A stretch of DNA of 64,000 bases from an uncultured Candidatus Poseidoniales archaeon (GTDB lineage: Archaea > Thermoplasmatota > Poseidoniia > Poseidoniales > Poseidoniaceae): contig CAZGJD010000005.1 in the NCBI GenBank assembly GCA_964526385.1, positions 38,989-102,988 on the forward strand, read 5' to 3'. Made by a program: the position numbers and the translations under genes. Below the pieces are notes generated by a model. It did no database searches. It saw only the letters and a list, made by a program, of their open reading frames with translations, and was not told where the DNA came from. Numbering within the stretch: the stretch's first letter is position 1; each line of letters opens with the position of its first letter. This document shows positions 17,702-28,000 of this stretch, piece after piece.

Positions 17702-18838
17702 ATGGCGTCGTGGCTTGAGACATATGCGCCACGAAGGTTCGCAGATTTAGCAATGGAAGAAACCGTCAAAAATAATCTTCGAAAAGTTTCGATTCAAGCA
17801 AATCCGCCACATCTAATCATAGCTGGCCCAGAAGGGGTTGGAAAAACAATTGCGTGGCGTTTAGTAGCAAGACAAGTCCTCGGCCCCTCATGGAAATCAA
17901 CGACTCACATACTACAGGCAAGAGACCTTGCTAAGTCAGCGGGGGCCATGAGTAAATTTGAGGAATTTTTACGTCCCGAGGGCGGACAATCCTCTGATAC
18001 ATTAGCGGGGCGCTCATCATTGGACTCATTTTTCGATGATCTTACCGTGGCTGTAGATGGAGACATCGCTCCTGCTGGTGCAGAGAATAGCGAATTAAAT
18101 TCTAACATTGAAAGAAGGGTTTCTAGAATAATCGTCATTGAAGATGCAGACTATCTTGGACCCATCAGGCAACCGTATCTAAGGCGAATGATGGAAGCAA
18201 CATCATCCACCTCGAGATTTATCTTTACGGCCAGGTCCCCCTCGAGAATTATCGATGCCTTGAGGTCGAGAACTCAGCAAATAAGAATCTCACAAACATC
18301 TAAGGAAATCATTACCGATAGACTTCAAGAGATAGCATCATCTGAAAATCTCGAACCCGTGAGGGGAATTCTTGGGGATGTCGCCCACGTAGCGAACGGA
18401 AATCTAAGAAGAGCGGTATTCCTTTTGGAATTATTAGCTAAAAGTAATCAATTAGGCGATAGAAAGAATCTGCAAAACGTTGTCGCCGCAACAACTCTAG
18501 TCGGAGTGCAACAAGTTATCGAAGAAGCATTGCGGGGAAGAATACACGACTGGGAATGGAAGAAAGAAGGCGGAAGAAACAAGAGAGTGTTGAAGGGTGC
18601 TTTGGGCTATCTTGACCAAGTGATGAATGAGCACTCTTTGGATGCAGAAGATGTAGTTCTACACATACACAAGTTACTAACCACTGGAAGATTATTACTA
18701 GAAGAAAATATGCTTTGCAGGCTACTAGACGCTCTATCCAAATGCGATGTAAAATTACAATCATCGACCTACGGTAGGATTCAGTTAGAGGAATTTCTTC
18801 ATCAGGTCAAAGAAATTTCTATGACATCTTCGAATTAA
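17702..18838 (+). CDS. rfcS: Replication factor C small-subunit-like AAA+ clamp loader
   Basis: The N-terminus WLETYAPRRFADL matches the RFC box II consensus (W.EKYRP). Also present are Walker A GPEGVGKT, Walker B IIVIEDAD, and sensor-1/SRC region FIFTARSPSRIIDALRSRT. There is an insertion between Walker A and Walker B. Confidence 0.65.
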   Translation: MASWLETYAPRRFADLAMEETVKNNLRKVSIQANPPHLIIAGPEGVGKTIAWRLVARQVLGPSWKSTTHILQARDLAKSAGAMSKFEEFLRPEGGQSSDTLAGRSSLDSFFDDLTVAVDGDIAPAGAENSELNSNIERRVSRIIVIEDADYLGPIRQPYLRRMMEATSSTSRFIFTARSPSRIIDALRSRTQQIRISQTSKEIITDRLQEIASSENLEPVRGILGDVAHVANGNLRRAVFLLELLAKSNQLGDRKNLQNVVAATTLVGVQQVIEEALRGRIHDWEWKKEGGRNKRVLKGALGYLDQVMNEHSLDAEDVVLHIHKLLTTGRLLLEENMLCRLLDALSKCDVKLQSSTYGRIQLEEFLHQVKEISMTSSN

Positions 18839-18843
18839 ATAAG

Positions 18844-18917
18844 CGGACACGGCAGGATTCGAACCCGCGATCTGTGGCTTAGGAGGCCACCGCCTTATCC
18901 AGCTGGGCCACGTGTCC
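18844..18917 (-). tRNA. tRNA-Arg (CCU), no encoded CCA
   Basis: The reverse complement is GGACACGTGGCCCAGCTGGATAAGGCGGTGGCCTCCTAAGCCACAGATCGCGGGTTCGAATCCTGCCGTGTCCG. It has a 7-bp acceptor stem, anticodon stem GTGGC/GCCAC with loop CTCCTAA (CCT), and a TTCGAAT T-loop. Confidence 0.9.
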
Positions 18918-19005
18918 ATGCTCGCGGTGAAGTCACCCTTTGAACAACCTATCGCTAGCAAAAATTACCAAAATCCACATACATGTCTCCGATTTCGAAG
19001 GCATC

Positions 19006-20556
19006 ATGGCTGATGACTCGATGACCGACAGGGTCGCAGCAAACGGGGCATCAACACTTCCTAATCCCTACAGCCTCGACTTCAACAGGATTGACGATAC
19101 TATTTCTAAGTCAAAAGCAGATTATGAATCCGCCGACAGGCACAGACTAAAATTTGGAAGAATTGCAAGAAACCCAACTATTATGATAACGAGGAGAGTA
19201 GTTGGTCTCTTGATGGCGATTACTGCTTTGGCTGGCGTGGTTGCGCCCTACCATCCATTGGCCCGGCCAACTTTGATGATAGTCGTATGGATCCCTTTGC
19301 TTGCAATAACAATAGCTCCGTCTGTTGTCGCTGGAGAAAGAGCGATGACTGCATTGGTACTTAGGTCATCTTTATGGAAAGAAGAGGCGTTTATTGATGG
19401 CGTTCGCAGAGACATGATGGCGGAACCCGGTATGGATAGAATCAAGGCGGGTCTAAACGACATCAGAATACATAATGCAACGGCTATTGGTTTAGCAGCA
19501 ACATCAGTGTTTTTACTGATTATTGCCGCAGGGCTTGAACCAGACAGCCTCGCCTACAATTTATTGCTCCTAATTTCATTAACATCCAGTTTAGCACTAT
19601 CTTATCACGCAATTTTCACTGCAGATTATATCAACAAACTGGGTGATGAAGTTCCCTATCTAGTGTATCATTCGCCTACCCATCATCCGATGCAACTTGA
19701 CACTATCCTTGGGGACCTAGTATTCGCCCATTTGGATCCCGACCACTCTTTACTGTGGAATCAGTGGGAAAAAGAATTAGGAAATTCAGTTCTGAAAGGT
19801 GTCGACAAAAGGCAAGCAAGAGAAAGACTACTCTATCTTTTACATCTTAATGCAAGAGGTGATTTAAGCCATGAAGAGACGCTTAATGAGCTAAAAGAAT
19901 TCATAAAACCGATGTCCTTAGATGGGTTGTTATTGAGAGAGGACTCGAAGTTTAATTGGGTAAGACTCCAGAGATTAATTGGGCATGCTAGAGCATGGCA
20001 AAAAGAACTATTCGACCTCCTAGATAGGTTACAAAACGATCTATTGGTAGGAAACTCAACAATTACAAAAGATGAATGGAGGATGGACGTAGCTTTAGCA
20101 GAGGTTTGCGATAACGGAATGGGCCATCTTTTCATTGGTTTGAATAATCAAACAAAGACCGACACACACTACAAAGTGGAAGTGATTTTACCTGGAGGTA
20201 TTCCAGAATCCCAAGTCCATAGACTTGAGTTGGCATCCTGCGTTGGCCCAAAGGGCCCAGTAAACATCACAGATTCTCTTGTAGAAGATGCTCTCGATTG
20301 GATGCCCAAATATCTCGAAAAGGGCGTGATATTGTGGATAGGACTTGCTTGGAATGAGGGTGTAAAAGGTGATAGAAATGTGCAGGTTATCTTACGGGAC
20401 GATGATAATTCCGTATTGGATTCAAGAATTATTTCAACAAAAGTTGTACAAGGTGGAACTAAGATTTCAAACTTAAGGCTGAAGCGAATGCTGAAAGCAA
20501 GACGGATGGGAGAAAAGTCACTTCCTATTGCGGACGCAGCAGTTGCAAACTCCTGA
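19006..20556 (+). CDS. Hypothetical integral membrane protein with a large soluble C-terminal domain
   Basis: About 4 TM helices lie in the first 230 aa, followed by a region of about 290 aa with no recognisable motif. The ATG at 19006 is preferred over the TTG at 18940. Confidence 0.5.
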   Translation: MADDSMTDRVAANGASTLPNPYSLDFNRIDDTISKSKADYESADRHRLKFGRIARNPTIMITRRVVGLLMAITALAGVVAPYHPLARPTLMIVVWIPLLAITIAPSVVAGERAMTALVLRSSLWKEEAFIDGVRRDMMAEPGMDRIKAGLNDIRIHNATAIGLAATSVFLLIIAAGLEPDSLAYNLLLLISLTSSLALSYHAIFTADYINKLGDEVPYLVYHSPTHHPMQLDTILGDLVFAHLDPDHSLLWNQWEKELGNSVLKGVDKRQARERLLYLLHLNARGDLSHEETLNELKEFIKPMSLDGLLLREDSKFNWVRLQRLIGHARAWQKELFDLLDRLQNDLLVGNSTITKDEWRMDVALAEVCDNGMGHLFIGLNNQTKTDTHYKVEVILPGGIPESQVHRLELASCVGPKGPVNITDSLVEDALDWMPKYLEKGVILWIGLAWNEGVKGDRNVQVILRDDDNSVLDSRIISTKVVQGGTKISNLRLKRMLKARRMGEKSLPIADAAVANS

Positions 20557-20590
20557 TATTTTATGCGCTTTGCTTATGACATGAATACGC

Positions 20591-22246
20591 TTGGAGAAGA
20601 TTGTCGGAGGAATTACTGTGGAAGCGTGGGATGTCATTGTTCTTGGAGACGGGCCAGCGGCACTTCGAGCAGCCGCATCATCAGCAGAAGCTGGAGCATC
20701 TACCCTGATGATGTCATCCGACAGTTTAGGAGCAGGTATAGCCGCATCAACCGATGGCTTAGCAGCGCCTCTGAAAGAAAGCACAATGAAATCTCACAGC
20801 GACGATACGATTAGAGCGGGAAATTTCTTGTGCGACCAAGACATTGTGTCCCAGAGGATTTCAATGGCGAGCAGACAAGTAGACCTTCTCGAAAGATGGG
20901 GAGTTATATTCAGAAGAGACTCAGACGGTATTCCATTGGTTAGAAGAGCCGCAGGGCACAGTTTACCCAGACTCACATCCGCCGGAGACGCCCTCTCCAA
21001 AGAGGTTCAACAAGTTCTAGAAGAACAGTGTATGAGGCACGGAGTTATTCGAAGAGGCGACCAAATTCCTTTGAATTTGGTTCACACAAACCAAGAAATC
21101 CACGGCTTGATATCTCTTGACCTATCAACCGGACTAGTAAATGCGCTACAAGCAAAGTGCGTAATTATCGCAGATGGCGGTTACGAGGGAATTTGGCAAG
21201 GAACCAATGTGGGCTTTGGGATAGATTTAGCAATGCAAACGGGACTTACAGCCCGAAATATGGAATTCACAGCTTGGACTCCACTCTCTATCTCAGGCAC
21301 CAATGTTACTTTGCCAATAGGCATGCTCGCAGACGGCGCGACAATTCATGAAACAAATGGAAACCCGATCGCTGTAGAAGATTTTGCAGATCCTTGTGAA
21401 CTAGCGATGGCGGTAGGAAATAACGGGTATGTGTTGGACGCAAGAAGTATGGGCGATTCGGACGTTTGGTGGAGCCAAACTATGGAAATCGTGTCAACGA
21501 GGCTCGGAATCGACATGAAGAAACAGACTGTGCCAATCAGCGCACAAGTTTCATCAACATTAGGAGGAATCGTCACCGATGAATACGGACGAGCGATATC
21601 TGGAAAATGGTCCAGGTGGTTCACCGGATTGTATGCTGCAGGTTCTGCAGCATGTTCAGGTGTTCACGGAGCTGGGATTGTCGCTGGAAATCATCTATTG
21701 GACTCGATGGTTGGCGGTTATGCCGCCGGCATTCACGCAGCAGAACATTCAAAGAAATCTAAGTTTACGGGAAAATCTCAACTTGAAACATACTTAGGGG
21801 TCGCAGAAGCAGATTTGGATTTGGAAATGGAATCAGCAGAATCAGGCCCAGTTCAACGAACAGGCCCACTATTTGCGAAACTGAATGAAATAATGAACTC
21901 TAACGCAGGACTTCAAAGGAACGAAGAAAATCTGACTTCTGCGTTAGAAATGCTTGAAGCGCTAAGTATCGATGCTGAAAAAGTTCACCTCGATGATAAA
22001 AGCCGATTATTTAACACAAATTTGCTTGAGTCTCTTAGGCTAAAAGCGGGAATTAGATTGGCAATCGCTACAATCCAAAGCGCCCTATCAAGGAAGGAAA
22101 GTAGAGGAACTCATCAAAGAACCGACTTTGTTGAGCCTGATTCTGAATTATTGCATCACACATTAGTTGATAGAGAAGGCAACACCTCTACTTTAGCAAT
22201 CAGAAAGGGTAGTTCCGGCACTTGGATATTGCCCCCTGAAGCATAA
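20591..22246 (+). CDS. FAD-dependent flavoprotein of the succinate dehydrogenase/fumarate reductase/L-aspartate oxidase family (divergent)
   Basis: WDVIVLGDGPAALRAA is the dinucleotide-binding motif. GLYAAGSAACSGVHGAGIVAGNHLLD and the C-terminal SRKESRGTHQRTDF are family signatures. There is no in-frame ATG near the 5' end, so the start is either TTG at 20591 or GTG at 20618. Confidence 0.6.
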   Translation: MEKIVGGITVEAWDVIVLGDGPAALRAAASSAEAGASTLMMSSDSLGAGIAASTDGLAAPLKESTMKSHSDDTIRAGNFLCDQDIVSQRISMASRQVDLLERWGVIFRRDSDGIPLVRRAAGHSLPRLTSAGDALSKEVQQVLEEQCMRHGVIRRGDQIPLNLVHTNQEIHGLISLDLSTGLVNALQAKCVIIADGGYEGIWQGTNVGFGIDLAMQTGLTARNMEFTAWTPLSISGTNVTLPIGMLADGATIHETNGNPIAVEDFADPCELAMAVGNNGYVLDARSMGDSDVWWSQTMEIVSTRLGIDMKKQTVPISAQVSSTLGGIVTDEYGRAISGKWSRWFTGLYAAGSAACSGVHGAGIVAGNHLLDSMVGGYAAGIHAAEHSKKSKFTGKSQLETYLGVAEADLDLEMESAESGPVQRTGPLFAKLNEIMNSNAGLQRNEENLTSALEMLEALSIDAEKVHLDDKSRLFNTNLLESLRLKAGIRLAIATIQSALSRKESRGTHQRTDFVEPDSELLHHTLVDREGNTSTLAIRKGSSGTWILPPEA

Positions 22247-22289
22247 TCTCAACCCTCATGATTTTGAGGTGGTTACCCTTCCCACAAAC

Positions 22290-22721
22290 ATGGCTGAAAA
22301 TACACTTTTCGAAAAAATTCTTTCGGGAGAAGTCCCGGGGAATTTTATTTGCCGAGGGGAAAATTGGGCCTCCTTTCTCGATGTTTTTCCAAGAGCGGAA
22401 GGCCATACTTTGGTAGTGCCAGCAAATCCAGTTCAACGAATAGCAGACCTATCAAAAGATGATCTGGCAGACCTATTTTCAGGTGTAAAAGAAACTCAGA
22501 AAAAACTCTCGGCATATTTCAAAACCACAGATTTCACCGTTGTCGTACACGATGGACCACTAGCTGGGCAAGAGATTCCGCATGTACACATACATGTGAT
22601 TCCAAGACTTCGAGGAGATGGCGGAAAGGCACTTCCTGCATTATTTCCTAATGCAAGTCCTCCAAACCCACCTAATTTCCAGGCGCTATCTGAACTTTGT
22701 AGACATATTACGGAGGGCTGA
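22290..22721 (+). CDS. HIT-family (histidine triad) nucleotide hydrolase/transferase
   Basis: The N-terminus FEKILSGEVPG and the histidine triad HVHIHVIPR are both present. Confidence 0.85.
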   Translation: MAENTLFEKILSGEVPGNFICRGENWASFLDVFPRAEGHTLVVPANPVQRIADLSKDDLADLFSGVKETQKKLSAYFKTTDFTVVVHDGPLAGQEIPHVHIHVIPRLRGDGGKALPALFPNASPPNPPNFQALSELCRHITEG

Positions 22722-22723
22722 TT

Positions 22724-24262
22724 ATGGAAAGTGGAGAAGATGGAGCAAGAGACCACCATGGGGAATTGCTACCCGTGCTCTCCCAATCAGCGACTAAGAT
22801 GAAGTTTGATAGATTGATGAATACGCCACTTCCGAAATTTGGCACCAATTATCCCGGCTCTCCCTTTTTCATGGAAATAGGGTATTTCTGCCTAAGGAGG
22901 GTGAATTCGGTTATCTTCAGAAACCATGAAATTTCAGGTGTTGAAAACGTTCCACGAGATAGGGGTTCAATGTGTGTCGCATGGCACACTAACGGTTTGC
23001 TAGACCCGATTAGCATCTTCTTATCCCATCCCAAAAAATTCGTTGTAGGAGGCCGTCATGATTTGGTTACAAGGCCTATTTTGGGATTTTGGGCGAGAAA
23101 ATTCGCCGTCCAACCCGTCGTCAGAAAGGCAGAACTTTTGCGCGGAGGATGTTCTGAAGAAGACGCTAATTACATGAATGGGCGGTCACTATTGAATCTC
23201 GCAACTGGAATTTCATACGGCTACGGCTGTGCATTATTCCCAGAAGGAACGAGTCACTCAGAAAGCCATCTTATTCGTCTAAAAACAGGCCCGATAAGGA
23301 CAGTTTTAGCCGCTGCGGCTCACGCAAAGGCGAACGACCATAGCATACCTGCAATCATTCCAATCGGGCTTCATTTCAGGATGAGGCACCTGTTTAGAAC
23401 AGATGCTTGGATAGAATACGGAGAACCTATTGAATTGCCAGCCGAAGAACTACCTGATGATTTGATTCAAACAGTTGGAAAGGGTGATTGGAGCGAACCT
23501 CCTGCCAAGGTTGTCAACGATCTTAGAGACGAATTGAGAATAAGATTAGCGCCAATGACGCCTAATCGGGACACGTACAGCGAAGTATTTTCCGACGGAG
23601 TTATTGCCCATGTTAAGAATAATCTTTCTGGCAAACCAACCCTTACTTGGCGAGAAGAGGTACTCGCAGTTAGAGAGCTAAAGACTAACCCCGAATCAGA
23701 AGACATCAAACGATTAGCCACTGTTATTGGCGATAAACTACACGAATCCAGACTTGATGGGCGAGATATAAACAAAACCTGCGACTCACTCCGTTCGTTC
23801 TCATTGCCTGGTACTGTTGCAAATTTGTTGAAGGTAGTTCCTATGCTCGCATTATTGCCGATTATTGCGATATGCATGGGTCCACAGATAGCACTTGGCA
23901 GACTATTAGGTGACAACACTGACGAGGGCCTGGATGCAAGAACTTCGTATCAATTCTTAGCAGGAATGTTTGGTTCCTTGCTGTGGTGGCCTATTATATC
24001 CGTCATTCTGATAGCGTTATACCTAATTTTTGATATCGATATTGGGTTTGATGCGATTGGAATTCTGGGGCCTTCAATAATTTCAAAGTTATTTGCAACT
24101 GCGATAATTTTTGTTACCTTGCACATAGTCTTCTATATTTCAGGCATATTTTTTGCACTGGGCTGGGACGCATTTTCGGATACCGCAAGATGGGTTCGAA
24201 GAAGAAAAACCAGCAAATTTGTTGCCACAGATTTGAAGAAATTGAAAGAGATTCTAAACTGA
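22724..24262 (+). CDS. PlsC-like (LPLAT superfamily) glycerolipid acyltransferase with a C-terminal multi-TM region
   Basis: Acyltransferase motif I (AWHTNGLLDP) and motif III (LFPEGTSH) are present. The C-terminal region of about 130 aa contains 3-4 TM helices. Confidence 0.6.
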   Translation: MESGEDGARDHHGELLPVLSQSATKMKFDRLMNTPLPKFGTNYPGSPFFMEIGYFCLRRVNSVIFRNHEISGVENVPRDRGSMCVAWHTNGLLDPISIFLSHPKKFVVGGRHDLVTRPILGFWARKFAVQPVVRKAELLRGGCSEEDANYMNGRSLLNLATGISYGYGCALFPEGTSHSESHLIRLKTGPIRTVLAAAAHAKANDHSIPAIIPIGLHFRMRHLFRTDAWIEYGEPIELPAEELPDDLIQTVGKGDWSEPPAKVVNDLRDELRIRLAPMTPNRDTYSEVFSDGVIAHVKNNLSGKPTLTWREEVLAVRELKTNPESEDIKRLATVIGDKLHESRLDGRDINKTCDSLRSFSLPGTVANLLKVVPMLALLPIIAICMGPQIALGRLLGDNTDEGLDARTSYQFLAGMFGSLLWWPIISVILIALYLIFDIDIGFDAIGILGPSIISKLFATAIIFVTLHIVFYISGIFFALGWDAFSDTARWVRRRKTSKFVATDLKKLKEILN

Positions 24263-24290
24263 ATAGTTCAAATCATCCCTGTGGTTAGCC

Positions 24291-24929
24291 ATGCATATGG
24301 AACCCAAAGAGGTCGGGGATAAATTACGAGAATGGCTCGCTAGCGAGCGTATCGAATTCAAAGAACAAAACGACCCTAGAGCCGATATTCATTTCCTGAT
24401 CAAATATCCTATGGGTGATAACGGCCATAAGTTCGTAATCATTGTTCCAAAAGGTAGAGACTTAGTCGCTATATCTTCCATGACAAGAGTTGATGGGGGC
24501 CAACAGGAAGAAATGAAGAATTTAATGGTCGAAGACTCAGAAGAGTGGAAAAATTGGCTACATGAATGTAGAATGCAACTTATAGCATCAGGTGTGGATT
24601 GGGGTATCCACTTAGGCCATCAAAAAACTGGTAGAAATGGCCCTCTACAGGCGTTTAACGTAAGCGAACCAATTTGGTTCGACGCACTTACAAAAAACGA
24701 GATGATGCAAACAATCAGAAGATTATGGCTCTCAAAATTAGGATTAATTCACGAAATCAAGTTTGCCTATGGCAAAGGAACTGGTAAACCAGGCCCTGTA
24801 GATGATTGGGCAAACAAGAAGCAGGGCGGTCAAAGAATCGGTAAACCAAACCCCCCTCAACCCAAACAGGTAGATATTGATGACTCGATGTCATTTGGGG
24901 AAGGATTTGACCCAGAAGACTGGATTTGA
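24291..24929 (+). CDS. Hypothetical protein
   Basis: A coding-like ORF directly upstream of the giant surface-protein gene. It has a basic, G/P-rich C-terminal tail. I cannot support any domain assignment. Confidence 0.45.
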   Translation: MHMEPKEVGDKLREWLASERIEFKEQNDPRADIHFLIKYPMGDNGHKFVIIVPKGRDLVAISSMTRVDGGQQEEMKNLMVEDSEEWKNWLHECRMQLIASGVDWGIHLGHQKTGRNGPLQAFNVSEPIWFDALTKNEMMQTIRRLWLSKLGLIHEIKFAYGKGTGKPGPVDDWANKKQGGQRIGKPNPPQPKQVDIDDSMSFGEGFDPEDWI

Positions 24930-25008
24930 GCACACTAATCTGTGACCCGAAAGGGGCGCGGTTAAGTATGAGTAATATGACCAAAATCTTGTCGTTAGAG
25001 GTCTTTAC

Positions 25009-28000
25009 ATGGAACAGAAGATGAAATCAGTAAGTTTAGCATTGATAATGTTGCTTTCAACATTAACTGGAATTATGATGGCAGCGCCAGCAGCTGCAAC
25101 CCAAGTTGTGATTACAGAAGCAATACAAGTTGTTGATGGGGGAGGCTCATCAGACAGGATGGCTGCAGTAGCGGCAGATTCTGAAGGTAACGTACACGTC
25201 GTATGGAGTCGTTCCAACCAACACTTATTCTACTCGATGATTTCTCCAAGGGGTGAAACTTTAATCGATGCGACCCAAGTTACAAATTCTGGTTTGCATA
25301 AAATCAACCATCCTGATATGACAATAGATGACAACGACATAGTCCACATAGTGTGGGCGGACCATTCAGGCCAGCACAAAATCATGTACACTGCTTTGAG
25401 ACCGTTTGCAACAGCCATGGACGGATCATCTGCGCTTGACGGAGACCTATCCGCAATCGATGACTACATTGTAGCTCAACACATCAACGACAGAGATTGG
25501 CCAGCAATCGATGTAGATAGCCAAGGAAATGTACACATCGTTTGGCAAGACAATTATGACGAATTGGATATGTATTTCCAACAACCTCAAATCTACTATA
25601 AGATGCTACAACCAGATTACTCAATTCAAAACGCAGTAGTTCTATTTGACGACACGCTACTAACCCCTATCATTGGACACAAAGGCCACCCTGACATCGT
25701 AATTGATGCAAACGACATGGTTCAAATCGCCTGGGATGACACAAGAGGAGGAAAGGTAGAACTCGTATTCGTTGTAGATACATCAGGTTCTATGTACTCA
25801 GAATGGGCTGATGTTTGTACTGTAATTTACGGTGGAAACTTCGCATCTGGTGGATTCTTCAAGGGCATCAAACCAATGCTTGAAGAAGGTAACATGACCG
25901 TATTCGAGACAATTTATGGACTAAACAATCTACCTGGAGCGGCAAGTCAAGGTAACTGCGCTTCTCACAACCAAAACTCTGGACCAAGAAACACACCTCT
26001 TGGAATTATTCCGGGTGACGATTCAGGTGGACTAAGAACACTTCCAAACACAGTCTACAACGGAGCATCATACTCAGGGTATTCTGGTGAAGACTGGGGC
26101 CCGGGTACTAATTGGGCTTGCTTATCATGGAAGGACACAATTGGAAATGTTCCAGGAAACCCGCCTACATCAAGCGACCACAGATGGAACCCTAACGCAA
26201 CAAAGATTGTACTCCCAGTATCTGACGAAGGTCCAAAAGACGGAGATCCATCTACGGGTGCTGACGACACAGCTTCAATCCAAGAAGCACACGACAACTG
26301 TGTAAACGCAGGAGTAATTCCAGTTGGACTATACGGACAAACATACGGCGGCGCTCAGACAGTTCAGTCTCACATGAAGGACTTAGCACAGTGTCCAAAC
26401 GGAGTTGTTTCAACCAACCCAAGAAACTGCCCGGGAACATCTACCAGGTCAACTGATGCAGGCGGACAAACCTATGAATTCCCATCAGGAACCGGCGGTG
26501 CTAGCCAAATGCAGTTGCTTGTAGAAGCAATGGTTTACATCTCTACAAACAACTCACGTGAAATTTTCATGACCGTGCTTGACCCATATGGAAAGATGAA
26601 CAATGACCAACAATGGACCCCTGGTCAACCAGGTCACAAGGTAGTGGGCAATGGATATCAAGAAGACACAGGACGAGGGTCTGAAGGTCACTTAGTCGTT
26701 GTAAACGACACTAGAGTAACCATCGACGACGCATTTTCGTTCCACCCATCAATCGCAGTTGACTTGCAAGGTAACACACACATTGCTTGGATGGACGGAC
26801 GTGATTATGGATTTGAGAAGAACGTTCCTTACGAAATCTACTACACAAAACTAAGACTTCAAGGTGCAGGGGAATGGGACGGAGTACCTCAAGGATTGTC
26901 CACATATCAAATTAAGAGGATAGACGACACACCAATTTCAACCGTAGAGGGATGGCAACAAATGCCTCAAGGCAGTAGTCAAAACTCCGCTTACCCAGCA
27001 CTGTTGACAGATCCTCAGAATAACGTGCACATCGCATGGTTAGACTTTGGAAACGCAAGTGCATCCGAAGAGATTAGATACACGAGATTGAATGCTACAG
27101 AAAACACGGGTCCGGGAGAAACCGCACTCGATGCATGGAATTCAACACCGGTAACATCTTGGAAATCATTCAAACTTGGTCCTAACCAACTGTCTAAGCC
27201 AACTCTTGGACAGCCACCAGCATTCGCTAACGACTTGGGTAGCGGTGCCCACATTGCATGGTCAGACACAAACAAGTGTTCTGATGAAACCAACGGCGGA
27301 CCTTGGACAATCTGTTACTCGCATGTCCTAACTGGACAGGTAGACATCGAGTTCGATGATGGTGAAACATACTACCACGTAATCGAACCTGGCGAGCAAA
27401 CAATCTACAACATGACGATTAACAATACAACGCCGGGCCCGAAGGACCTTGTTGCAGACACTTACAATCTCAACATTACGGGGGTTCCTGAAAACTGGAC
27501 AGCAAACATATACTTCTCAAATAACCACACTGCGATATTCGAAGATACTCCTATCTTCCTCGAAGGTGGAGAAATGGCAAGGTTCTATCTGAGAGTCAAG
27601 GCTCCTTCAATCTATCAAGCAGACGAGGACCAATTAGCTGAAATCACGGTATCTGCAATTTCTAACAAGGACCCTGCGATTAGGTCCGACAGAGCTACGC
27701 TCACGCTAATGGACGTGGTTCACGGAATCGACCTCGATACAAGTCACAGAATGGCAGACGTCGAACAAGGACAGACTGCAATCTTCTCGATTACGATTAC
27801 CAATACTGGTAACGTGCACGACACTTACGCATTCTACGACCCTAATGGCCTTGAAGGAAGACAGGAATGGTTACTTCCGTTCGGTTGGCAGGTAACATTC
27901 CCAATGCAGGTCGCTTTGGACCCTGGCCAGTCGGTAACCAAGAATTTGGAAATCGCAGTGCCAACGGAGCAAGACCCGGGGACCTTCGTCGTATACGTCA

